A stretch of 32,000 nucleotides of DNA from Thermofilum pendens Hrk 5 (GTDB taxonomy: Archaea; Thermoproteota; Thermoprotei; Thermofilales; Thermofilaceae), in the NCBI RefSeq assembly GCF_000015225.1, contig NC_008698.1:1020001-1052000 (forward strand), read 5' to 3'. Below, piece after piece: positions 22,476 through 30,380 of the stretch. The stretch's first letter is position 1; each line of letters opens with the position of its first letter. The position numbers and the translations under genes were made by a program. The notes below the pieces were generated by a model. That model was not told the DNA's origin, ran no database searches, and saw nothing but the letters and a program-made list of their open reading frames with translations.

Positions 22476-24091
22476 TAGAAATCGAGGGGCTCAAGTGGAG
22501 GTACAGGGGGTCGCCGCACTACGCCTTGAACGGCGTAAACCTCGGCGTCGAGAAGGGCGAGTTCCTCGCGATCACAGGGCTAAGCGGGGCGGGCAAGACG
22601 ACTCTCGTCCTCTCGATCCTCGGCATAATACCCCAGAGGCTCCCCGGCGAGTTCAGCGGCAAGGTGAAGGTCCTCGGCCTCTCCACGCTCTCGACGGACG
22701 TGACCATCATCGCGCAGAGAGTAGGCGTGGTGTTCGAGGACCCGGAGATACAGTTCGTCATGGGCACGGTGGAGGACGAGGTCGCTCTCTCCCTCGAAGC
22801 CATGGGGCTACCGCCGGAGGAAGTCAGGGAGAGGACGCTGTGGGCGCTGGAGCTCGTCGGGCTCGGCGCCGGCTTCCTCCAAAGGAACCCCTCGCAGCTC
22901 TCGGGGGGCGAGAAACAGCGGGTGGCGATAGCGTCCGCGGTCGCGAAGGAGCCGGAGCTACTCATACTCGACGAACCAACCTCGGACCTGGACCCCGCCG
23001 GCAAGGAGGAAGTCGTGTCGGCGATCGAGAGCCTGCGCAGGCAGCTCGACGTCACCATAGTAATGGTTGAACAGGAGCCCGACATCATATACAGGTTCGC
23101 GGACAGAGTGGTCGTGCTGGAGAAGGGCAGGGTCGCGCTCGAAGGCACCCCGCGCGAACTCTACCACAGAATGGAGGAGCTGAGGAGGCTGTCCCTGCGC
23201 CCTCCGGAGCTCTACGAGCTGTGCAGGGCCGCCGGCCTACGGGAACCGTCCCTGGAGGAGCTCGTAAGGCTCGCGGAGAAAGGGTTGCTCGACGGCTCCG
23301 TGTGCGGTGAGCCGCGCGGGCGGCGAGGAGGGCTCGAGGAAGTGGTGAGGGTTCAAGGCGTTACCCACGTCTACCCTGGAGGGATCAGGGCGCTGGACAA
23401 CGTGACGCTCACCCTGTACTCGGGGGAGCTCGTAGCGCTGATGGGCCCCAACGGGAGCGGGAAGACCACGCTGGCAAAGGTGATCGCGGGGCTCGTGCGC
23501 CCGACGAGCGGGAGAGTCCTCGTAAGGGGGCGGGACGTCTCCAGCTACGGCAGGCTGGAGCTCTCGTCGATAGTGGGCTACGTCTACCAGAACCCCCAGC
23601 ACCAGCTCTTCTGCCAGTCTGTCTACGAGGAGGTAGCGTTCGGCCTAAGGTTGCGCGGAGCAGGAGAGGGCGAGGTGAGGAAGGCGGTCGACGAGGCGCT
23701 GAGGCTCTTCAACCTGGAAGGCAAGGCAGAGGAGCACCCGTTCTTCCTGAGCAAGGGAGAGAAGAGGAGGCTCGCGCTTGCGAGTGTATACGCGCTGAAC
23801 CCTTCTGTGCTGATAGTGGACGAGCCCACCACGGGGCAGGACAGAGCGTTCTCGGAGTACCTCTTCTCGACGCTGAGGAGGCTCGCGGAAGAGGGGAAAG
23901 CCGTAGTCGCGATAACGCACAGCGTCGACCTGGCCTCGGCGTACGCCGACAGGGTGGTCGTAATGTGTGGGGGCAGAATCGTAGCTGACGGCGAGCCGGA
24001 CAGCGTGCTGGCAGACCCCGGTGTAGCGGAGAAGGCGAGGATCAAGCGCCCACTGAGGTACGTCCTCTGCAGGCAGAGCCGGCACGGCTAG
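22466..24091 (+). CDS. ECF/ABC transporter ATPase, fused double nucleotide-binding protein (EcfA-EcfA')
   Basis: Two Walker A motifs (GLSGAGKTT, GPNGSGKTT), two signature motifs (LSGGEKQR, LSKGEKRR) and two Walker B motifs (LLILDEPT, VLIVDEPT). ATG 22466 overlaps the ecfT stop by 10 nt. Confidence 0.88.
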   Translation: MRVVEIEGLKWRYRGSPHYALNGVNLGVEKGEFLAITGLSGAGKTTLVLSILGIIPQRLPGEFSGKVKVLGLSTLSTDVTIIAQRVGVVFEDPEIQFVMGTVEDEVALSLEAMGLPPEEVRERTLWALELVGLGAGFLQRNPSQLSGGEKQRVAIASAVAKEPELLILDEPTSDLDPAGKEEVVSAIESLRRQLDVTIVMVEQEPDIIYRFADRVVVLEKGRVALEGTPRELYHRMEELRRLSLRPPELYELCRAAGLREPSLEELVRLAEKGLLDGSVCGEPRGRRGGLEEVVRVQGVTHVYPGGIRALDNVTLTLYSGELVALMGPNGSGKTTLAKVIAGLVRPTSGRVLVRGRDVSSYGRLELSSIVGYVYQNPQHQLFCQSVYEEVAFGLRLRGAGEGEVRKAVDEALRLFNLEGKAEEHPFFLSKGEKRRLALASVYALNPSVLIVDEPTTGQDRAFSEYLFSTLRRLAEEGKAVVAITHSVDLASAYADRVVVMCGGRIVADGEPDSVLADPGVAEKARIKRPLRYVLCRQSRHG

Positions 24092-24627
24092 AGCCTGGCG
24101 AAACTCGCAAGTATTTCTTCGTTGTAGACCTCCGGGTGGAACGCCAGGGCGTAGACTTCCCTATCCTTGACCTTGAAGAACACGTTTTCCCCCTCGCTCA
24201 CGCCGAGCACCTCGACTGCGCTACTCGGCGCCGGTAGCTTTGAGGTAACGAAGTAGGCTTTCAGCTTCCCCGTCTTCGCGAGCCTGTTCTCTCTGACTAC
24301 CTCTACCTCTCTGACCCCGATGACAAGCTTGTCCCTAAGCCCCACTCTGAACACGAGCGAGACTAGCTGGAGACCGGCGCATATGCCGAGCACCGGTCCT
24401 TCGAACTCCTTGACCCAGCTAAACCTATCCACGTACCTCAAGTAGTCGAAGTCCTTCAAAGCAGTCCCGGAGATAACCACCTTGTCGTACCTCTCCACGA
24501 CGCCCGGGCCCACCTCCCTGTAGGATACGACCTCGTAGCTGTCGTACCTCCCGAGGATCCTCGCCAGCGGTTTAACGAACTCGTACTCGCTCAGCCTGTC
24601 CGCGCAAGTGCTCACTATGAGTATCAC
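24088..24627 (-). CDS. Class-I glutamine amidotransferase (stand-alone GATase subunit)
   Basis: 179 aa. Nucleophile elbow LGICAGLQL and His/Glu in AFHPEV. GTG start in a GTGA overlap with the upstream DUF71 gene. Confidence 0.8.
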   Translation of the reverse strand: MILIVSTCADRLSEYEFVKPLARILGRYDSYEVVSYREVGPGVVERYDKVVISGTALKDFDYLRYVDRFSWVKEFEGPVLGICAGLQLVSLVFRVGLRDKLVIGVREVEVVRENRLAKTGKLKAYFVTSKLPAPSSAVEVLGVSEGENVFFKVKDREVYALAFHPEVYNEEILASFARL

Positions 24628-25313
24628 GTCAGACCCCCCTTCTCCTCCAGCCTAGCCCTCTTCACCCTGTAAACCCCCGAGTAGTTCGAGTAAACCTTCT
24701 CCGCTTCCAGCACGACTACCCTCTTCCTGTAGAAGGGGGCGTCGAGAACGGTGGTCTCGAGCTCTCCCCCCTCCCCGGCCATGCTGACACCGTACCTCTC
24801 CTTCAGCTTTCCCAGCTCCTCTACGAGCCCCCAGTCGACCCTCCTCCCGAGGAGGCTCGCGTCGAGGGGGTACGAGAAGACCCCCGAGACTATTACCTCG
24901 AAGCCGTTCTCGAGTAGCTCCCTGTAGACCTCGTACTCGTCCTCCAGCCACAGGGGGTTGAAGCACCAGAGGTCGAGCTCCCTGCAGACTCTCTGCACGC
25001 GGGTAGACTGGTAGGTAGACCTTATCGCCCCCGTCACGACGCCCTCCACGGCGTACCTCTCCACGGCTAATTCGAGCGCTCTCCTCAAGTCCTCCAGCTC
25101 CTCCTTCCTCCCCTCGCTCTCCACCTTCACGAGCGGTAGCCCTATCGCCTCCGCCTGTAGCTCCGTCAAGTGGATGTTGGGGACGTGGAACATGTAGCTC
25201 TCCGGGTTCCTCGACTCAACGGTAACGAGGCACGCCACCTCGTGGTGCCTCATAGCCCTGAACATAGCGAGGTGCGAGTCCTTGCCTCCAGAGAAGAGCA
25301 CGGCGAGCCGCAC
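24624..25313 (-). CDS. DUF71/COG2102 PP-loop ATP pyrophosphatase (MJ0570-like; diphthine-ammonia ligase family)
   Basis: VLFSGGKDS PP-loop, ESYMFHVPN, and GEGGELETTVLDAP, colinear with my recollection of MJ0570-type proteins. GTG 25313 gives 229 aa and has GGTG 10-13 nt upstream. The ORF-track start at 25529 overlaps the upstream gene. Confidence 0.85.
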   Translation of the reverse strand: MRLAVLFSGGKDSHLAMFRAMRHHEVACLVTVESRNPESYMFHVPNIHLTELQAEAIGLPLVKVESEGRKEELEDLRRALELAVERYAVEGVVTGAIRSTYQSTRVQRVCRELDLWCFNPLWLEDEYEVYRELLENGFEVIVSGVFSYPLDASLLGRRVDWGLVEELGKLKERYGVSMAGEGGELETTVLDAPFYRKRVVVLEAEKVYSNYSGVYRVKRARLEEKGGLT

Positions 25314-25333
25314 GGCGCCACACCGTCCAGGAG

Positions 25334-26362
25334 CTACGGGCCGCAGTATTCCTCCGAGGAGGCCCTTTCCAGGCCGTCCACCCTCTTCCTGTAAACCTCT
25401 TCGAGCCAGTCGGGGTACCACCCTCTCTCCGCTAGGATGCTTCTCAGCTCCTCGAGCTTCGCGCGGGACCTCTCTAAGTGGCCCGGTATGCGCCCTCTCT
25501 CCAAGCCCTCGCCGTTGAAGAGCAAGCACTGTCTCTCGCTCCAGTCCCCGGGCTGATCCATTCCGGGGAAGTATTCCCCCACCATGTCCCTCAGCGTCCT
25601 CTCGTCTACAATGCCTCCTAGAACCTTGCCTCCCTTACCGTCGGGACCGTACAGTGGCATGTCGAACCTGTTCGAGGCAAGCGCGGCCACGTCCTGCATT
25701 GCTATGAACTTTGCGTCGAGGCCGACCTTCTCCGCCAGGGATGCCAGCCTCCTCAGCCCCTCCTCCGCGATAAAGCCGTACACGATTATCCTCCTCAGGT
25801 TAATGCCCTTTATCTCGGCGATCTTCAGGGTGAAGTTAACTGTTGCCTCCAGGGTCGCGCCAGTAGCCACGGTATCCGCTACGACGAGCGTATCGCTCCC
25901 CTTCGTAAACGCGCCTACAGAGGAAAAAGTGACGTTTCCCTCGCCGTGTTGCGAGTGGCTGGTAATCTTCACGAAGCCTTCCCGTAGCCTGGCCCCAGCC
26001 TTCGCGAGAGCCTCGTGCAGCATGTAGCCGGGCGACCCGCGCAGGACGTGTAGAAACATGAGCTCCTCGGAGCCCGCGAGCCTCAAGACGAGCTTAGCAG
26101 CCACCTCCGCCAGCGAGAAGGCCTCCGCGGAAAGCCTAGCCCCAACGATCTCCGGCATCGAGGCTATCCTGGCACCCTGAGGCGTGTCCAGGATGTAGAC
26201 ATCAGCCGCCACGTCGAGGTCAACCCTGAAGACTCTCGCCTCCCCGCCCGGAAGAAGGCCCTCCACGGGCTTCGTCAAGTCAAGCCTCGGACCAAACTCC
26301 TCCACGACCTCCCTCGCCGCCTTCTCAGCGTCGAACACGCCACACACCTCCGAGCTAATCAC
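25334..26362 (-). CDS. Type I phosphoribosyltransferase-like protein (UPRT-like core with N- and C-terminal extensions)
   Basis: PRPP-binding-type motif TLVVADTVATGATLEA. UPRT-like blocks are HVLRGSPGYM and IIVYGFIAEEGLRRL. A ~90-aa C-terminal extension is present. Start is uncertain: GTG 26362, 26347 or 26338. Confidence 0.5.
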   Translation of the reverse strand: MISSEVCGVFDAEKAAREVVEEFGPRLDLTKPVEGLLPGGEARVFRVDLDVAADVYILDTPQGARIASMPEIVGARLSAEAFSLAEVAAKLVLRLAGSEELMFLHVLRGSPGYMLHEALAKAGARLREGFVKITSHSQHGEGNVTFSSVGAFTKGSDTLVVADTVATGATLEATVNFTLKIAEIKGINLRRIIVYGFIAEEGLRRLASLAEKVGLDAKFIAMQDVAALASNRFDMPLYGPDGKGGKVLGGIVDERTLRDMVGEYFPGMDQPGDWSERQCLLFNGEGLERGRIPGHLERSRAKLEELRSILAERGWYPDWLEEVYRKRVDGLERASSEEYCGP

Positions 26363-26521
26363 GCGCAGGTATATTAACTGATAGCGGACAAAGAAGCCTT
26401 TAGCTTTGTGCTAGGCGTAGAGGATCCAGGCGAGCTTCCATCGCTGTGGTGTGAGTGGAGGAGTGTTTGCCAGGGTGTGAGAGCGCTACGATGTAGCCTC
26501 TTGGCCCAGGCGTAGTAAAAA

Positions 26522-26530
26522 TTTTTAAAG
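26522..26530 (+). promoter_or_regulatory. TATA-like box for the MFS/GH1 operon
   Basis: TTTTTAAAG, 23-31 nt upstream of ATG 26553. Confidence 0.45.
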
Positions 26531-26552
26531 CGGAGTTGAAAATAAAAGCGAT

Positions 26553-27833
26553 ATGCGAAGCAAATATAAATGGTTCGTGGTTCTGTTCTTCTTCACCTTC
26601 CTGACTATACACCAGGCGGACCGCTTCATAGTCTCGGCTGTTGCGCCGCAAGTAATGGACGAGTTCAAGGTGTCGTACAGCCAGCTAGGTCTAGTATTCT
26701 CTCTTACGGTGCTGGTAGCCGCTTTCCTCTACCCGGTGTGGGGCTACCTCTACGACAGGTACTCGCGGAAGCTCTTAGCCGGTCTAGCGGCGCTGATATG
26801 GGGTTTCACCACCATCTTCAACGCCCTCTCGAGAACCTTCTCCGAGTTCTTCGCTACGAGGCTCGCCACGGGTATCGACGACGCGGCGCCTCCCGGAATT
26901 TATAGCCTCGTGGCAGACTACTTTGACCCCTACAGCCGCGGGAAGGCTCTCGGCTTGCTTAACGCGACGGGGCCTCTCGGGGCGATCATAGGGACTATAC
27001 TCTCGTTGAGCATAGTGGCGGCGGGGCTTAGCTGGAGGAACGCGTTCTTCATAACTGGTCCCATAGGGGTTGCGATCGGCGCGTTAACCTTCTTCCTGGT
27101 AAAGGATGTGCCGAGGGGTGTTTCCGAGCCAGAGCTCAAGGACGTGTTAACGGAGGATATCTACAGGGCGAAGCTATCCGACCTGCCAAAGGTGCTGGAG
27201 AACAAATCCCTCGTACTCCTCTACCTGCAGGGCTTCTGGGGCGTTTTCCCGTGGAACGCGATTACCTTCTGGTTCGTGACGTACATGGAGAAGGAGAGGG
27301 GGCTGTCCCCCGACACCGTGATGGTGGTAATGTCCCTGTCGCTCATCGCCATGGTCGCAGGGAACATAGTCGCAGGGATTATCGGAGACTGGTTGTTCAA
27401 AAAGACGAAGAGGGGTAGGGCGATTCTCGGGGCGGTAGTAGTGTTCTTCTCGGCAGTGCTCATCTACCTCGCGATTAGGGCTGAAAGCACGGAGGAGTTC
27501 ATTCTGTTCACTGTTCTCACAGCGTTCGAGATTCCCATGGCGGCCCCGAACGTAGTCGCTGCCATCACGGATGTCACCGAGCCCGAGCTGAGGTCCAGCG
27601 CTACCGGATACCTAAGGTTCTTCGAGAACCTCGGTAGCGCTACGTCGCCGTTTCTGACAGGCGTACTGGCGGAGTCCATGGGCCTTGGGGAGGCTATACT
27701 GCTGGTAAGCGTGTATACGTGGCTTCTGTGCTTCGTCTTCTTCGCGGTACTAGCAGCGATAATCCCCCGCGACATAGACAGGCTGAGAAACCTCATTAGG
27801 GAGAGGGCGGAGAGACTGAGGGGTGGGCGCTGA
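26553..27833 (+). CDS. Major facilitator superfamily transporter (probable sugar/glycoside permease)
   Basis: 426 aa with ~12 TM segments. MFS motif-A-like GYLYDRYSRKLL. The stop overlaps the GH1 start (TGATG). Confidence 0.85.
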   Translation: MRSKYKWFVVLFFFTFLTIHQADRFIVSAVAPQVMDEFKVSYSQLGLVFSLTVLVAAFLYPVWGYLYDRYSRKLLAGLAALIWGFTTIFNALSRTFSEFFATRLATGIDDAAPPGIYSLVADYFDPYSRGKALGLLNATGPLGAIIGTILSLSIVAAGLSWRNAFFITGPIGVAIGALTFFLVKDVPRGVSEPELKDVLTEDIYRAKLSDLPKVLENKSLVLLYLQGFWGVFPWNAITFWFVTYMEKERGLSPDTVMVVMSLSLIAMVAGNIVAGIIGDWLFKKTKRGRAILGAVVVFFSAVLIYLAIRAESTEEFILFTVLTAFEIPMAAPNVVAAITDVTEPELRSSATGYLRFFENLGSATSPFLTGVLAESMGLGEAILLVSVYTWLLCFVFFAVLAAIIPRDIDRLRNLIRERAERLRGGR

Positions 27834-29386
27834 TGTTCCCGAAGAGTTTCCTCTGGGGAGTATCCCTAGCAGGCTTCCAGTTCGAGATGGGGGACCCCGC
27901 GGGGGAAGCTTTGGACCCTAACACCGACTGGTACGTGTGGGTACACGACGAGTACAACATAAGGGAGGGAATAGTCAGCGGGGATCTGCCGGAGAAAGGG
28001 ATAGACTACTGGCACCTTTTCAGGGAGGACCACTCTCTGGCGAAAAGCCTGGGGCTAAACGCCTACAGGCTTAACGTCGAGTGGAGCAGGGTGTTTCCGG
28101 AGCCGACGTTCAGCGTAGAGGTTGGGGTGGAAGAGGAGGACGGCGTTAAGACCGGTATAGACATCGACGACTCCGACTTAGAGAAGCTGGACAGCATTGC
28201 GAACAAGAAGGCGGTGCAACACTACAGGGAGGTCGTGGAGGACCTCCGCGAGAAGGGCTTCTACGTCATCCTCAACTTGGTCCACTTCACGCTTCCAACC
28301 TGGATCCACGACCCTCTAACCGCGCGCGCCACGAACGCGAAGAAGGGGCCACTGGGCTACGCGGACCCCAGGTTCCCGGTGGAGTTCGCGAAGTTCGCCG
28401 CCTACGTTGCGGCGAGCTTCGGGGATCTCGTAGACGCGTGGTCAACGTTCAACGAGCCGAGCGTGGTGACCGAGTCGGGCTTCCTGAAGAGGAGGGGGAA
28501 GTTCCCGCCCGGCATATTCAACTTCGACGCGTACAAGCGGGCTATGATCAACATCGCACAAGCACACCTACTGGCGTACATCGCTATCAAGAAGTTCGAC
28601 AGGGTGAAAGCTTATTCTGACTCCGCGGAGTCAGCGTCCGTCGGAATTATACACAACATGATACCGTTCCACCCCCTCGACCCCTCCAGGAAGCGCGACC
28701 GGGACGCATCTATGGTAACACACCACCTCCATAACTCCTGGATCCCGAACTCCCTTGTAAACGGGTGGATAGACAGGGACTTCGACCTCAAACAGGAGCC
28801 CAGCGAAGTATTCGAGAAGTACAAGTCGAGGCTTGACTGGATGGGCATCAACTACTACTCGAGGTCCGTCGTCAAGGGTAAGGTCAACCTCCTCAGGCCT
28901 GTAATCCCGTTCCCCGCGTTCCCCGTGCTCGTGAAGGGGTACGGGTTTGAGTGTGCACCGAACTCTCAGAGCCTGGCAGGGAGACCTACCACGGACTTCG
29001 GGTGGGAAGTATACCCCGAGGGCATAGTAGAGGTTGTAAAAATGGCAATGCAGTACAACGTTCCTCTACTCGTAACGGAGAACGGGGTCGCAGACGCGCG
29101 GGACGAGCTGAGGCCGCACTTCCTAGCCCTCCACCTAAAGCTCCTCGAGGACGCGTTGGAAAGCCGCGAGATAAGCCTTAAAGGCTACCTTCACTGGGCT
29201 CTGACGGACAACTACGAGTGGGCGGATGGCTTCAGGATGCGCTTCGGCCTATTCGAGGTAGACCTCTCCAGCAAGAGAAGAGTGAAGCGCCCGAGCGCGG
29301 ATCTCTTTGCGAGGATAGTCTCGGAGGGGACTGTCCCAGACGAGGCGGTCAGGAAGGCGAGGGAAAAGCTTTCCGTCAACCTTTAA
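27833..29386 (+). CDS. Glycoside hydrolase family 1 beta-glycosidase (LacS-like beta-glucosidase/galactosidase)
   Basis: Close N-terminal resemblance to Sulfolobus LacS (FLWGVSLAGFQFEMG, DPNTDWYVWVHD, YRLNVEWSRVFP). Acid/base motif TFNEPS and nucleophile motif VTENGVAD. Confidence 0.92.
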   Translation: MFPKSFLWGVSLAGFQFEMGDPAGEALDPNTDWYVWVHDEYNIREGIVSGDLPEKGIDYWHLFREDHSLAKSLGLNAYRLNVEWSRVFPEPTFSVEVGVEEEDGVKTGIDIDDSDLEKLDSIANKKAVQHYREVVEDLREKGFYVILNLVHFTLPTWIHDPLTARATNAKKGPLGYADPRFPVEFAKFAAYVAASFGDLVDAWSTFNEPSVVTESGFLKRRGKFPPGIFNFDAYKRAMINIAQAHLLAYIAIKKFDRVKAYSDSAESASVGIIHNMIPFHPLDPSRKRDRDASMVTHHLHNSWIPNSLVNGWIDRDFDLKQEPSEVFEKYKSRLDWMGINYYSRSVVKGKVNLLRPVIPFPAFPVLVKGYGFECAPNSQSLAGRPTTDFGWEVYPEGIVEVVKMAMQYNVPLLVTENGVADARDELRPHFLALHLKLLEDALESREISLKGYLHWALTDNYEWADGFRMRFGLFEVDLSSKRRVKRPSADLFARIVSEGTVPDEAVRKAREKLSVNL

Positions 29387-30302
29387 CCAGCCTTACGAAG
29401 TTCCTCCCGGCTTTCTTCTCTATCTTCACGTAGCCCAGTTTCTCCAGCCTCCTTATCCTCCTCCAAAGCGTGGTAGGCGGTAGGCTCACGTAGAGCCCTA
29501 TGTCCGACTGGAAGGCTCCTCCACCAAGCTTCTTCAGAACCCCTATTATCTCCTCGTCCTCCTCTCCCAGCTCCCGCCCCCCGCGCGCCTTCAGGAGGAG
29601 GGCTAGCACGACAGCCGCCCCCGCGGCCCCCAGGACGGCTATGTAGAGAGGCTCTATGGGCATACCAGAAGGCGTGGTCTTAGCCGGGGCTGGTTGCTGG
29701 GGGCTCGGCGTGGGCTGGGGTTGAGATGCAGGTTGCGAGGCGTTTACCCGTGAAGGTTGCGAGGTCTGCGGAGGGGCTTGTTGTGGCGGTTGCTGGGGCA
29801 CGTAGACGTAGGAAAAGCTGACCCTGCCCGGCTGGAAGCTCAGTACGAGCGACTGGTTCTGCACCGTGACGGAAGTGGGAACCGTTGAGAGGGATGACAG
29901 GGCTGTGCCGGCCGGTAGCCGTACCGTGCTCGGGAGGGGGGACACGTAGCTAACAGTCCAAACGCCTTTACTCATGGAGAGTATGCTACTCGTGAAGTAG
30001 CTTATCGAGACGAGAGAGGAGCCCAGGGTGATTATCCTCATGGTACCGGTGGTCTCGTTAACCATGTAGGCTAGAGGTGTACCGTGCTCGTCGACTACGA
30101 CGACGCCGTACTCGGGGAGGGGGGTTCCGACGAGCTGTATGTCTAGCAGGGAGGCGTTACCAACGCTCACGGAGTAGTCTACTTTCGCGACGCCAGTAGG
30201 GAGAATCGTGATCGCCACGGAGTTAACCGGGACGCTACCCGCGGGGAGAATAACGCAGACAGTGATCAACGCGGCGAGCATAACCAACGATCTGCTCCTC
30301 AT
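29376..30302 (-). CDS. Bitopic membrane protein: signal anchor, ~150-aa extracytoplasmic domain, Pro/Gln-rich stalk, TM helix, C-terminal cytoplasmic winged-HTH domain
   Basis: From ATG 30302: MRSRSLVMLAALITVCVILPAG (TM1), PQQPPQQAPPQTSQP... stalk, LYIAVLGAAGAAVVLALLLKA (TM2), acidic EEDEE, then a wHTH-like segment GAFQSDIGLYVSLPPTTLWRRIRRLEKLGYVKIEKKAGRNFV. Confidence 0.65.
   Translation of the reverse strand: MRSRSLVMLAALITVCVILPAGSVPVNSVAITILPTGVAKVDYSVSVGNASLLDIQLVGTPLPEYGVVVVDEHGTPLAYMVNETTGTMRIITLGSSLVSISYFTSSILSMSKGVWTVSYVSPLPSTVRLPAGTALSSLSTVPTSVTVQNQSLVLSFQPGRVSFSYVYVPQQPPQQAPPQTSQPSRVNASQPASQPQPTPSPQQPAPAKTTPSGMPIEPLYIAVLGAAGAAVVLALLLKARGGRELGEEDEEIIGVLKKLGGGAFQSDIGLYVSLPPTTLWRRIRRLEKLGYVKIEKKAGRNFVRLVKG
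29664..29798 (-). repeat. Low-complexity Pro/Gln/Ser-rich linker coding region with short imperfect DNA repeats
   Basis: GGTTGCGAGG occurs twice and GGTTGCTGGGG twice on the plus strand. The region encodes residues PQQPPQQ...PAKTTPSG. Confidence 0.6.
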
Positions 30303-30380
30303 AGGGGTCTTGGTTGTTGAAAGATTTTTCGATATATTAGCTTTGCCGACGCGCAAAGGCGGTAAACGGCTTACCACGCG

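Noticed and set aside
22495-24085. Long alternative-frame and antisense ORFs inside the ECF ATPase gene (22495-23070, 22519-23148, 23237-23602, 23623-24045, 23645-24085).
   Set aside because: The same GC-rich off-frame artefact. The frame carrying two full Walker A, signature and Walker B sets is clearly the real one.
24088-24627. Calling the GATase simply GMP synthase subunit A (guaAA).
   Set aside because: The fold and triad are compatible. However, it is translationally coupled to a DUF71 protein rather than to a GuaAB-type ATP pyrophosphatase, so a guaAA label would be unsupported without phylogeny.
26363-26552. The 190-nt intergenic region with a GC-rich centre and a repeated AGGCGTAG (26411 and 26508), considered as a possible small RNA or C/D-box sRNA locus.
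   Set aside because: I found no C box (RUGAUGA) on either strand, and no convincing stem or tRNA-like structure. An 8-mer repeated twice is weak evidence. It is left as an unexplained long spacer, not a feature.
26400-26651. An 83-aa minus-strand ORF spanning the MFS promoter and start.
   Set aside because: It overlaps the MFS 5' end and its TATA box, and has no recognisable motif or start context. It is probably spurious.
29664-29798. Short DNA repeats in the Pro/Gln-linker region, considered as a tandem-repeat or CRISPR-like element.
   Set aside because: The repeats are imperfect, about 10 nt long, in-frame within a coding region, and explained by the low-complexity PQ-rich peptide. There is no repeat-spacer periodicity.
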